A stretch of 64,000 bases of DNA, from the NCBI GenBank assembly GCA_965203905.1, contig CBDBDQ010000005.1, positions 3,872,001 to 3,936,000 on the forward strand, in the 5' to 3' direction. The translations under genes were made by a program, and so were the position numbers. This document shows, in pieces, positions 38,955 to 48,222 of this stretch. Positions within the stretch are counted from its first letter, which is position 1. Each line of letters opens with the position of its first letter. The notes beneath the pieces were generated by a model. It searched no databases and was not told where the DNA came from. It saw only the letters and a list, made by a program, of their open reading frames with translations. This DNA is from Spirochaetia bacterium. GTDB lineage: Bacteria; Spirochaetota; Spirochaetia; SZUA-6; Bin103.

Positions 38955-40250
38955 ATGCCCAACCTGGTGTTCATCATGTCCGACCAGGCGCGCAAGGACG
39001 TGGTGTTCCACGAGCAGTATCCCTTCGTGCGCACGCCGCACATCGACGGGTTGCGCGGCGAGGCGGTGTCGTTTTACCACTGCTTCGCCAACTACCCGGT
39101 GTGCGTGCCTTCGCGCGCCTCGGTGATCACCGGCCGCTATCCGCACCAGATCGGCGTGCTGCACAACACCCACCGCCTGCCGCCCGGCGAGCGCGACCTC
39201 GGCCACCACCTGTCGGCGCACGGCTTCGACTGCGTCTCGTTCGGCAAGACCCACAACACCAACCACGGCTTCCGCTCGGTCACCTACGACAAGGTGGCCA
39301 CCATGGGGTTCGAGAACCACGGTTACCTCGAGGATCCAGACCTGATCACCGGCGTGTTCGAGGGGCCGGCCGACGAGTACTGCGACTTCGTGGCATGCCG
39401 ACAGTTCGACGACTACCTGCGCGGGCGCGCCGGCGGCGGGCCGTTCGCGGCCTTCGTGGGCATCTACGCCCCGCACCCGCCCCTGTATCCGCCGCGCGAG
39501 TACGCCGGCCTCTACGGCGCCGAGGAGACCGCGCTGCCGCCACGGCCGAACGCGCAGGACAACGCGGCGCGGCCGTCGATCCAGACAGTCCCGCGCCGGC
39601 GCTGGAACGCCTATCCCGACGCCACCCGGCGCCAGGTGATCGCCTCGTACCTGGCTCTGATCACGTTGCTCGACGAGTGCGTGGGCCGCATCCTGGCCAC
39701 GCTGCGGGAGACCGCGACGCTCGACGACACCCTGGTGGTGCTGGTTTCCGATCACGGCGACCAGCTCGGCGAGCACGGCATGGCCGGCAAGATGGGCAAT
39801 CTCTACGAAGCGTCGATCCGGGTACCGCTGGTGATCCGCCTGCCGGGCGCCGAGCGTGCCGGCGCCGAACGTTCGCAGCTCGTGGAGATGGTGGACCTGT
39901 TCCCGACCATCTGCGACCTCCTCGGCGTGCCGCATCCCGAGGGCGTGCAGGCACCGGCGGGCCGCAGCCTGGCACCGGTCGTCGCCGACCGGCGGGCGGA
40001 GCACCGCCGCGTGGTGCACGCGATGCTGCTGGAGGGCCAGATGGCGCGCAGCCGGGACCTGAAGCTCAACTTCTACGCCGACGACACCTGCGAGCTCTAC
40101 GATCTGGCCGCCGACCCCGCCGAGATGGTCAACCGCTACGACGATCCCGCCTACCGCGACCGCCGCCAGGAACTGCTGGAAGAGATCGCCCGCTTCCTGA
40201 TCCGCCACCCCCGCGTCCCCGATCGCGGCAGAAACGGATACTTCGGGTAG
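38955..40250 (+). CDS. Sulfatase (formylglycine-dependent)
   Basis: PNLVFIMSDQ, CVPSRAS..TG, GKTH, PHPP, SDHGD..GEHG. Confidence 0.92.
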   Translation: MPNLVFIMSDQARKDVVFHEQYPFVRTPHIDGLRGEAVSFYHCFANYPVCVPSRASVITGRYPHQIGVLHNTHRLPPGERDLGHHLSAHGFDCVSFGKTHNTNHGFRSVTYDKVATMGFENHGYLEDPDLITGVFEGPADEYCDFVACRQFDDYLRGRAGGGPFAAFVGIYAPHPPLYPPREYAGLYGAEETALPPRPNAQDNAARPSIQTVPRRRWNAYPDATRRQVIASYLALITLLDECVGRILATLRETATLDDTLVVLVSDHGDQLGEHGMAGKMGNLYEASIRVPLVIRLPGAERAGAERSQLVEMVDLFPTICDLLGVPHPEGVQAPAGRSLAPVVADRRAEHRRVVHAMLLEGQMARSRDLKLNFYADDTCELYDLAADPAEMVNRYDDPAYRDRRQELLEEIARFLIRHPRVPDRGRNGYFG

Positions 40251-40333
40251 TTGACGCTGCTGTGTGGCGAGCATCATGGGCAGCATGCGATCGGTTGACC
40301 ATGTGTCTATACATTTGGTATACGAAACTGAAG

Positions 40334-40591
40334 ATGGCTCAGGTGAACTTCAGGATGAAAGATGAGCGCTTGGCGCTGATTGATCGGGCTGCGGCGATCC
40401 GTGGGGTGACGCGGACGGAGTTCGTGCTGCGATCGAGCGAGGCGGCGGCGATCGAGACGCTGAATGAACGTCCGGTCATCGTGTTGGACGCTGACGTGTA
40501 CAAAGCATTCGTCGCCGCACTCGATGCGCCGCTGAAACCGAATAACCGCTTGCAGGAACTGATGTCGCGCCAGCCGTTGTGGGAGCGATAA
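40334..40591 (+). CDS. DUF1778 (TacA/AtaR-like) antitoxin
   Basis: RHH start VNFRM..ERLALIDRAA..TEFVL, AFVAALDAP..PN.RL; upstream TATAC-N5-GTATA inverted repeat. Confidence 0.85.
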   Translation: MAQVNFRMKDERLALIDRAAAIRGVTRTEFVLRSSEAAAIETLNERPVIVLDADVYKAFVAALDAPLKPNNRLQELMSRQPLWER

Positions 40592-41082
40592 CCGCTCCGG
40601 AGCCGCTGAATCCCCGGCACGACGTATCGCAGTTCGACTGCGGAGCACCTGGCCTGAATACCTGGCTGCAGCGAAAGGCCCGGCTGAACGAGGCCAAGGG
40701 TGGGGCCAGGACATACGTCGTCTGCGACGAGGATCGCGTAGTCGCCTTTTACAGCTTGGCAGCCAGTTCCGTCGAACGACGCCGGGTGTCGTCTCGCGTC
40801 GGCCGGAGTATGCCCGAACCAGTCCCGGTTATCCTGCTCGGACAGCTTGCAGTCGACGCGGCATACCAGGGAAGGGGCCTGGGAGCTGACCTGCTGTCCG
40901 ATGCCGGAAGAAGATCGCTGGCTGCGGCCGAGGTAATCGGAGCGCGTGCCATCATCGTCCAGGCGCTCGACGAGCGAGCGGCGACATTCTACCAGCGATG
41001 GGGCTTCCGTCCGTTGTCGGATCGCGAGCCGCTCATGTTGATCCTCCGCCTCTCCGAGCTGAGCTCGGCGCTGAGAGGATGA
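40579..41082 (+). CDS. GNAT acetyltransferase toxin (TacT/AtaT-like)
   Basis: FDCG...LNTWL, PVPVILLGQLAVD..YQGRGLG, FYQRWGF. Confidence 0.88.
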   Translation: MGAITAPEPLNPRHDVSQFDCGAPGLNTWLQRKARLNEAKGGARTYVVCDEDRVVAFYSLAASSVERRRVSSRVGRSMPEPVPVILLGQLAVDAAYQGRGLGADLLSDAGRRSLAAAEVIGARAIIVQALDERAATFYQRWGFRPLSDREPLMLILRLSELSSALRG

Positions 41083-41258
41083 CCGTGCCGGTGTCGCCGG
41101 GTGAGGTCGCCCGGACCAGGCAGAGCAGCGCACTGTTGCGGCGGGGAGAGTGCGGCGCATATCATTTTTCACTACGCCCGTCCGGCTTGGCGTTGCTTGG
41201 TTCTGCGCAGGCCGAACGGACTATGGTACGGCACGGCGCGCAGCGCCGGGGAGGGCAG

Positions 41259-41609
41259 GTGCGCAAGAGTCATACCGCGGCCATGGAGATCTTCTCCGCC
41301 AAGGCCAACGGCCCCGTGGCGACCGAGCCGTACGAGGCTGGCTGGGCGCGCGAGGCGCTGGCGGTGATCTACTGCCACGAGGTGCACGGGCCGGCGCCGC
41401 GGCTGGAACTGCGAGTAGAGATCTCCGCCGACGGGGTGCGCTGGATCGACTTCGGGCAGGCGTTTCCCGCCGTCAGCGAGCCGGGCGGCTATTTCCTGAA
41501 CCTGGCCGGCTTCGGCAACTGGCTGCGGCTGGCGGGTGCCGTGTCCGGCGGCCCGGATGACGGCGCGGCCGCCATGGTGGTGGACATCTACTGGGTGTTG
41601 AAGGAGTAA
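41259..41609 (+). CDS. Small beta-rich protein (DUF6385-like)
   Basis: TEPYEAGWA.EA, ISADGVRWID, FGNWLRL. Confidence 0.6.
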   Translation: MRKSHTAAMEIFSAKANGPVATEPYEAGWAREALAVIYCHEVHGPAPRLELRVEISADGVRWIDFGQAFPAVSEPGGYFLNLAGFGNWLRLAGAVSGGPDDGAAAMVVDIYWVLKE

Positions 41610-41612
41610 CCG

Positions 41613-42593
41613 GTGGCGGAGCTGCCTGATCGAGGCCACGACGAGGCGCTGCGCAAGGCACTGCTGCGCGCCGATCCGCTGCTGTCGCGCTATGACCCGC
41701 TGGAGCGGATGCTGATGCACTGCGACTTCGACGACGGCATCCACGGCTGGCAGACTTACTTTCCCGACTACGACGGTGAATCCGACTATCCGGGCCGCGA
41801 CCCCCACTTCCAGCCGCTGGACGAGATGGTCTCCCAGTCGCGGACCGATCCGAGCATGCGGGTCGATCGCCGCGCCCCCACCGGCGTGCGCGGGGTGCCG
41901 ATGCTGAGCACGCTCACCTCGTGGGACGTGGGCACCTCCGGCAGCTTCCGCGGCACCTACGCGCTGAAGATCCCCACCGCGCCGCTGGCTGGCACCCATA
42001 GCTGGGCGCTGCGCCGGGTCACCTCGCCGTGGCGCGGCAAGGTGCGCTTCGAGTGCTACTTCACCTACAAGGCGGAGCCGTCAGACTTCCGTCTCGGCGA
42101 GTTGGATGTGCGCAGCGTGTTCCTCAGCGTGGATGCCATGGACCTGGGCAACGTGCGCGGCGCGGCGCGGGCGCCGGTGCGCTGGTGGCCGTCGGTGCGC
42201 TACCACAACGCCGAGGGCGGCGAGCTGATCCAGCGCTGGCAGGTCAACTTCAGCGGCTCCAAGGGCACCAAGGACGGCCCCTTCACCGACCTGGAGGACG
42301 GCTACCAGGAACTGGGTTTCAACCGCTCGCCCACCAAGTACCAGTGGCACTACCTGCGCTTCACCTTCGACACCGCCCGCCACGAGTACGTCGACCTGCA
42401 TTGCCACGGACGGGAGTTCGATGTCGCCGGGCGCCGCCACGTGTTCGACCCGCCGCTGACCGGCTTCAGAGCCTCCACCGACCGCTGCGCCGGCCTGCTG
42501 AACTTCGGCATCGGCATCGAGACCAACAGCGACAAGCGCTGCTTCCTCTACCTCGACTCCATCGTGGTGTCGGTGGAGCCGGAAGTCCCCTGA
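41613..42593 (+). CDS. Conserved hypothetical protein (DUF6772-like)
   Basis: DPLLSRYDPL..DFDDG..GW, GTYALKI, TKYQWHYLR, KRCFLYLDS. Confidence 0.6.
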   Translation: MAELPDRGHDEALRKALLRADPLLSRYDPLERMLMHCDFDDGIHGWQTYFPDYDGESDYPGRDPHFQPLDEMVSQSRTDPSMRVDRRAPTGVRGVPMLSTLTSWDVGTSGSFRGTYALKIPTAPLAGTHSWALRRVTSPWRGKVRFECYFTYKAEPSDFRLGELDVRSVFLSVDAMDLGNVRGAARAPVRWWPSVRYHNAEGGELIQRWQVNFSGSKGTKDGPFTDLEDGYQELGFNRSPTKYQWHYLRFTFDTARHEYVDLHCHGREFDVAGRRHVFDPPLTGFRASTDRCAGLLNFGIGIETNSDKRCFLYLDSIVVSVEPEVP

Positions 42594-42610
42594 GGTGCGT
42601 CGCACAGGGA

Positions 42611-42762
42611 TTACGTTTTGCCTTCCTCACGCTCCGGTTTCTGCTCCTCCGGTCCGTTGCGAAGCTCCGCAATCGTCCGATCCACGTCTGCCGCGCGCAT
42701 GACTGGCTGACCGGCCTGGGGAACCGCGACCACGAGCGAGTCGCGGCGTTGCAGGGTGACCG
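42611..42762 (-). pseudogene. C-terminal fragment paralogous to the AbrB antitoxin at 38577
   Basis: LQRRDSLVVAVP..GQPVMRAADVDRTIAELRNGP vs LQRRSSLVVAVP..NQPVMRAAEVTRTIAELRNGP. Confidence 0.75.
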
Positions 42763-44150
42763 GTGGCGGGTCGGGATGCCCCGCGAGGGCTGCAGCAGGG
42801 GCACGTCCACCGCTGCGGTCGCGAGGGACCAGCCGGTCGCGCATGTTGTTGCGGATCGCGGGAGTCGGCGAGCAGGCGGTCACGGACTGCGGCGCTATCC
42901 ACGTCACGGATTCCGGTGCGGCGGCCCAGGGCGAGGGCGGCGGCGTGCGCCACGGCTTGGCCCGCCAGGCAACTCGTGGCCATTATGCGCGCCGACGCCA
43001 TCGCCGGCCGGTCAGCGGAGAAGCAGCGCCCGGCGACGAAGCAGTTGGCCAGCCCCGCCACCACCAGCAAGCGGTAGGGGATCTGATAGGGCGGCACCAC
43101 TTCGTCGTGGTTGTGGGCGTCGATGGTGAAGGAGCCGTGCGCCACGCTGTCGGCGAACTGGCGCCCGGCGCGGACATCGGCCGCGCCGAGCACGTAGTCG
43201 CCGCGGATGCGCCGCCCCTCCCGCACGCCCAGCACCGGGGCGGCGAAGTCGAACACCCAGCGCGCGTCGTGGTGCTCCTGGAAGTGGCGCACCGCCTCGG
43301 GGATACGGGCGCGCATCTCTTCCTCCGCGCGTGACAGGCCTTCGCCGGAGCCGGTATCGAACGTGTAATCGAACAGCTTGAACTTGAGGCTGGTGCGCCC
43401 CCGCGGCTCGGCCCAGACGCTGTAGTCGGGCTCCTCGCCGGGGCGGTAGTGGCGCAGGATCAGTGGCTGGCGCGCCGGGGCCGGCCCGTCGACCCGGCGC
43501 AGGAAGATCATCAGGCTCGGCTTGATCATCTGTGGCAGCACCGGATCGGCCACCGGCAGGGTGCGCGCGCCGGCGTGGCGCGCCAGAATGGCGTCACCGG
43601 TGGCATCCACGAATAACGGCGCGCGCACCGCCTGCAGCAGGGAGCGGTTGTGCAGCACCGTCTCGGTGATGCGGTCGCGGTCGACAGCCGCCCCCACCAC
43701 GTCGGTGCACAGCAGCAGTTCCACGCCGGCCTCGCGCGCCAGATGCTGCAGTACCAGCGGCAGCACCGCGTGGTCGTTGGTGTGATTCTCCCGCTCCAGC
43801 GGGGCGCTGCGCCTGACCTGCCAGCCGGCCTCCTCGCCGATGGCGCCTGCCGCTGCCATCGCCTCCAGCACGTCGTCGAACACGCGGCCATTTCCGATGG
43901 GAGCGCCGAAGCCGTAGCAGAAGTTGCCCACGCCGCCGGCGGTACCCATGCCAAGCTGGGCTTGGCGTTCGACCAGCAGCGTCTTGAGCCCGGCGCGCCC
44001 GGCGGCGCAGGCGGCGCCGAACCCTGCCATGCCGCCTCCCGCCACCACCAGGTCGAACTCGCCGGCCACCGGCACCTCGCGCCGGAACCGGATTGTCTCC
44101 CCTCCAGGGCCCCGAGGCGCCCCGGAATCCGTCACGCGTCGTGACCTCAT
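42627..44150 (-). CDS. FAD-dependent oxidoreductase (FAD_oxidored family)
   Basis: VAGGGMAG, DATGDA, REGRRI.G.Y, YQIPYR.L, AGRCFS. Confidence 0.88.
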   Translation of the reverse strand: MRSRRVTDSGAPRGPGGETIRFRREVPVAGEFDLVVAGGGMAGFGAACAAGRAGLKTLLVERQAQLGMGTAGGVGNFCYGFGAPIGNGRVFDDVLEAMAAAGAIGEEAGWQVRRSAPLERENHTNDHAVLPLVLQHLAREAGVELLLCTDVVGAAVDRDRITETVLHNRSLLQAVRAPLFVDATGDAILARHAGARTLPVADPVLPQMIKPSLMIFLRRVDGPAPARQPLILRHYRPGEEPDYSVWAEPRGRTSLKFKLFDYTFDTGSGEGLSRAEEEMRARIPEAVRHFQEHHDARWVFDFAAPVLGVREGRRIRGDYVLGAADVRAGRQFADSVAHGSFTIDAHNHDEVVPPYQIPYRLLVVAGLANCFVAGRCFSADRPAMASARIMATSCLAGQAVAHAAALALGRRTGIRDVDSAAVRDRLLADSRDPQQHARPAGPSRPQRWTCPCCSPRGASRPATGHPATPRLARGRGSPGRSASHARGRRGSDDCGASQRTGGAETGA

Positions 44151-44941
44151 GGAGCGGCGAAGTTCGCAAGGAACCGGCGGCACGCTAGCGCTACCTCGTC
44201 CGGCCGCTCGACGTGGAGGTAGTGGGAGACGCCCCGGATCACGTGCAGCTCGATGTTGCCGCGCGCGGGGATGCCGAGCGCCTCCCGGGTCGGCGCGGCC
44301 CGGCCGCGGTCGCCGTAGAGCTCCACCACGGGCAGCCGAATGGCCGCCAGGATCGGGCCGCCGTCCCAGCGGCGCCAGATGCGGCTGAAGCGGGTCACCT
44401 GGTCCGGGCTCCAGCGCCCGGTGACGTGCGCCCGGCGCGCCTGCCGGTCGGCTTCCTGCCGCGCGGACAGCGTACCGGTCATGTCGCCGCCGAACGCGGC
44501 GCGCGCCGCGCGGTGGTTGGTCCAGCCCTCCAGGGAGATCACCCCCGCGACCCGTTCCGGAGCGCTCCCGGCCACCTGGATCGCCACCATGCCGCCGATG
44601 CTGTGGCCGCCGACGCACACCGGGCGCTCGTACAGCCGCTCGAGCACGCCCACCACCTGCTTCGCGAACCGTTCGATGGAGCCGTCCACCGCCGGCGGCC
44701 AACTGCGCCCGTGGCCCGGCAACTCGACCACGCAGACCGCCATCCCGTCGCCGAGGCGTTCGATGAGCGGGGCAAACACGCGGCGGTCGTCGAAGCTTCC
44801 GGGAATCAGCACCAGCGGGGTCTCCTTCCCACCCCGCGCCGACCAGCCGATCAGCCCGCCGCCCACTTCCCGCTCGATCTGCCCCAGCCGGAAGCGGCCG
44901 CCGAGCAGCGGGTCGCCGTCCGCTCCGCCCGTGCCGCTCAC
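44147..44941 (-). CDS. Alpha/beta hydrolase
   Basis: LPGHGRS, GHSIGG nucleophile elbow, GDRG, SHYLHVE. Confidence 0.85.
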   Translation of the reverse strand: MSGTGGADGDPLLGGRFRLGQIEREVGGGLIGWSARGGKETPLVLIPGSFDDRRVFAPLIERLGDGMAVCVVELPGHGRSWPPAVDGSIERFAKQVVGVLERLYERPVCVGGHSIGGMVAIQVAGSAPERVAGVISLEGWTNHRAARAAFGGDMTGTLSARQEADRQARRAHVTGRWSPDQVTRFSRIWRRWDGGPILAAIRLPVVELYGDRGRAAPTREALGIPARGNIELHVIRGVSHYLHVERPDEVALACRRFLANFAAP

Positions 44942-45837
44942 TGCTTGAGGCCGCTCAGCACCACGCCGCGCACGATGTGACGCTGCAGCACGAAGAACAT
45001 CACGATGGTCGGGATCGTCACCATGATCGACGCCGCCATCAGCCAGTTCTCATGCGGGTCACCGCCGGAGTCGACCAGGTAGTTGCTCTTGATGTAGCTC
45101 AGGCCGAGCTGCAGCGTGTACTTGGCGGTCGAGTTCAGGTAGATGAGCGGGTCGATGAAGCTGTTCCAGTGCGAACGGAAGCCGAGGATGCCGACCGCGA
45201 TCAGCGCCGGCTGGATCAGCGGCATCAGGATGCGCCAGAACACGATCCAGGGGTTGGCGCCGTCGATGCGGGCGGCGTCGTCGAAGTCGCGCGGCACGGT
45301 CATGAAGAACTGGCGCAGCAGGAACACGCTGAAGGCGTGGCCGAACCAGAACGGCACGATCAGCGGCAGGTAGGTGTCGATCCAGCGAAGCTGCGCGTAC
45401 AGCAGGTACTGCGGTATGAGGATCACCTGCTGCGGCAACATCATCGTGCTCAGCAGCAGCACGAACAGCGCGTTGCGGCCCTTGAACCGGAAGCGGGCGA
45501 AGCCGTACGCCACCAGGGCGCTGATGAGCACCTGGCCGGCGAGCGCCGCGACGGTGATGATGACGGAGTTGCGGGCGAACAGCAGGAAGGGGACGATGCG
45601 GAACACTTCCAGGTAGTTCACCCACTCCCACTCACGCGGAAAGAGCTGCGGCGGGTAGCTGTACAGGACGCCGGACGACTTCAGCGAGCCCGTGATCGCC
45701 CACAGCATCGGCAGAAACAGCACCGTGGATGCGACCAGCAGGCTCAGGTAGGTGAACGCCAGGCCGAGGTCGCTCGTCAGCCGCCGGCCGTGCCGGTAGC
45801 CGCGACTCGGCGTCGCCAGTGGCTCAGGAGCCGCCAT
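44938..45837 (-). CDS. Carbohydrate ABC permease
   Basis: FLLRQFF, DAARIDGA EAA motif. Confidence 0.92.
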   Translation of the reverse strand: MAAPEPLATPSRGYRHGRRLTSDLGLAFTYLSLLVASTVLFLPMLWAITGSLKSSGVLYSYPPQLFPREWEWVNYLEVFRIVPFLLFARNSVIITVAALAGQVLISALVAYGFARFRFKGRNALFVLLLSTMMLPQQVILIPQYLLYAQLRWIDTYLPLIVPFWFGHAFSVFLLRQFFMTVPRDFDDAARIDGANPWIVFWRILMPLIQPALIAVGILGFRSHWNSFIDPLIYLNSTAKYTLQLGLSYIKSNYLVDSGGDPHENWLMAASIMVTIPTIVMFFVLQRHIVRGVVLSGLKQ

Positions 45838-46714
45838 AGTAGACCCAGCGCCGGGCGCCGCGGAACTGAATCAGCGTGAACGCCAGCAGCAGGAGGAGCA
45901 TGATCCAGGCCAGCGCGCTGGCGTAGCCCATGCGGAAGTAGTTGAACGCGTTGCGGTACAGGTACAGCACGTAGAACAGGGTGGAGTTGTCGGGTCCGCC
46001 GTCGGTGGCGATGTAGGCCACCGAGAATTGCTGGAAGCTGCCGATGATGTCGATGATCACGTTGAAGAAGATCGTCGGCGTGAGGTGGGGCAGCGTGACC
46101 GCGATGAACACCCGCCACACGCCCGCTCCGTCGATGCGCGCCGCTTCGCGCAGTTCCTCGGGCACCCCCTGCAGACCGGCCAGGTAGATGATCATGCGCG
46201 CGCCGCCGATGCCCCACAGCGTGACCAACGCCAGACCGGGCACCGCCCATTCGCGGCTCGCCAGCCAGGCGGGGCCATCGATGCCGAACAGGGCGAGCGC
46301 TCCGTTCATCAGGCCGAACCGGGGCTGCAGAAACCACAGCCAGATCGAAGCCGCCGCTACGATGGGCGTCACCGACGGCAGGTACAGAACGGTTCTGAAG
46401 AACGACTTGAACCGAATCTGGCGATGGATCAGCAGCGCCAGCGCCAGCGAGCCAACCTGGCCAAGCGGCACGTCCAGCGCCAGGTAGTAGGCGGTAACGG
46501 CCAGACTCTTCCAGAACAGGGGATCGAACGCGATCTCGTAGTAGTTCTCGATCCCGAGGAAGCTGAGTCCCGGCGCGATGATGCTGTAGTCGGTGAAACT
46601 CAGCACCAGCGACGCGACCATCGGCCCGATGAAGAACACCAGGACGCCGATCAGCCAGGGTGAGATGAACAGGTAGCCCTGTACGTCCTCGCGCTGCAAT
46701 CCGCGCCGCAACAT
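45824..46714 (-). CDS. Carbohydrate ABC permease
   Basis: YLAGLQGVP..LREAARIDGA, MGYASA. Confidence 0.92.
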   Translation of the reverse strand: MLRRGLQREDVQGYLFISPWLIGVLVFFIGPMVASLVLSFTDYSIIAPGLSFLGIENYYEIAFDPLFWKSLAVTAYYLALDVPLGQVGSLALALLIHRQIRFKSFFRTVLYLPSVTPIVAAASIWLWFLQPRFGLMNGALALFGIDGPAWLASREWAVPGLALVTLWGIGGARMIIYLAGLQGVPEELREAARIDGAGVWRVFIAVTLPHLTPTIFFNVIIDIIGSFQQFSVAYIATDGGPDNSTLFYVLYLYRNAFNYFRMGYASALAWIMLLLLLAFTLIQFRGARRWVYYGGS

Positions 46715-46788
46715 GACCGGCTTCGGCGGCTAGGCGAAGTGGCGTGGGCGGCGCACCACCCGCGGCCACGCCACTTCGAACCGCGACT

Positions 46789-48075
46789 TTACAGGCTGCG
46801 CTGCCGCAGCAGGCGGGTGATGTCGCGATGCAGGTCGGGCAGCACGTCCGCCGGCTGCTCACCGAGGACGTACATGCGCTCGATGGCGTTGCGCACCAGC
46901 TCGACGTACTGCGGGCGGCGCAGGTTTTCCGGCCAGACCGGGAGGTTGTAGGGGCGCACCTCGTAGATCGGCAGGAACTGCTGCACGAACGGATCGTCGG
47001 CGAACTGCGGATCCTGGTTCACCGCCGGCCGCGTGCCGATGTTGAAGCCCATCTCGACGTATTCGCGGTTGATCTCTTCCGACGTGAAGTACTTGATCCA
47101 CTCGAACGCGGCCTGCGGACTGCGCGTGCTCTTCAGGATGCTGAGGCAGCCGGCCACGTACTGCTGAAACCTGCCCATCGGCCCGGCCGGCAGCGGCGCC
47201 ATGTTGAACTCGTCGTCCTCTCCCATCTGCGCCTTGTAGAAGTTGCGGTTCCAGTAGTTGCCGATATTCATGGCGATCCGCCCGGAGCCGAACATCTCGT
47301 GCAGGTTGCCCTCCATCTGGTCGCCGGTCGGGGCCGAGTTGTCCTGGTAGATCAGGTCGTAGATGAATTGCGCGCCGGCCAGCGACTCGGGCGTGTCTGC
47401 CAGCGACTCGGTGCCGTCCCGACTGAGGAACCCGCCGCCGAAGCCATTGAGAATCATCTCCACCTCGACGTCGCTCATCGAGTAGCCGGTGCCGAACACC
47501 TCCGGGTTGCCGTCGTTGTCACTGTCCACCCGCAGGCTGCGCGCGGTTGCCGCCCAGTCGTCGGTGGTCCAGTCGGCGGACGGCGCCGCCATGCCGGACC
47601 CGGCGAAGAACTTGTTGTTGTACCACAGCACCGGGCGCGGCAGCGCGGTATACGGCAACCCGTACAGCTTGCCGTCGACCGTCAGCATGTCGATGGCCGC
47701 GGCGTAGTAGTTCTCCTTGTCGAGCCCGCTCTGCGCGGCGTACTCGTCGATCGGCACGATGGTGCCCTGGCGCGCGTACTGAGTGAGGTTGATCTCGGGG
47801 TTGGTGCGCACCACGTCGACGTGCTGGTTGGTGGCCACCGCGATCAGGATCTTCTGGTCGGCCTCGGCGCGGCTCGACGACAGGTGCACCACCTCCAGCT
47901 CGATGTCGGGAAACGCCTCCTCGAAGCGCGGCTTCAGGTCGTCGCGGATCCACTCGAACTCGGCGGCACCGATGCGGTACCAGAACACCACCTTCTCCGC
48001 GACCGCCAGTGCCGGCACCAGTCCACACCAGACCAGCGCCGCCAGCGCCACCAGGCCAATACGATTGCGTAGCAT
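46789..48075 (-). CDS. Sugar ABC substrate-binding protein
   Basis: Signal peptide; DGKLYGLP, WYN..F, FGSGRIAM. Confidence 0.88.
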   Translation of the reverse strand: MLRNRIGLVALAALVWCGLVPALAVAEKVVFWYRIGAAEFEWIRDDLKPRFEEAFPDIELEVVHLSSSRAEADQKILIAVATNQHVDVVRTNPEINLTQYARQGTIVPIDEYAAQSGLDKENYYAAAIDMLTVDGKLYGLPYTALPRPVLWYNNKFFAGSGMAAPSADWTTDDWAATARSLRVDSDNDGNPEVFGTGYSMSDVEVEMILNGFGGGFLSRDGTESLADTPESLAGAQFIYDLIYQDNSAPTGDQMEGNLHEMFGSGRIAMNIGNYWNRNFYKAQMGEDDEFNMAPLPAGPMGRFQQYVAGCLSILKSTRSPQAAFEWIKYFTSEEINREYVEMGFNIGTRPAVNQDPQFADDPFVQQFLPIYEVRPYNLPVWPENLRRPQYVELVRNAIERMYVLGEQPADVLPDLHRDITRLLRQRSL

Positions 48076-48222
48076 TTGTTTCCTCTCCTTGGCCGCGGCG
48101 TGTCGGGACGGCCCGCCGGGCCCCAACCAAATTGTGGCGGCGATTATATTCCGCCCCTCCGGCCCGTCAAGCGATGCAGCCGGCGCGGCAGGGCGGCGTG
48201 GACGCAGTGCCGCGCCCGGCGG

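Noticed and set aside
38850-40286. 569 aa ORF as a large AbrB fusion
   Set aside because: Only the last 90 codons are AbrB; the rest is antisense to the sulfatase
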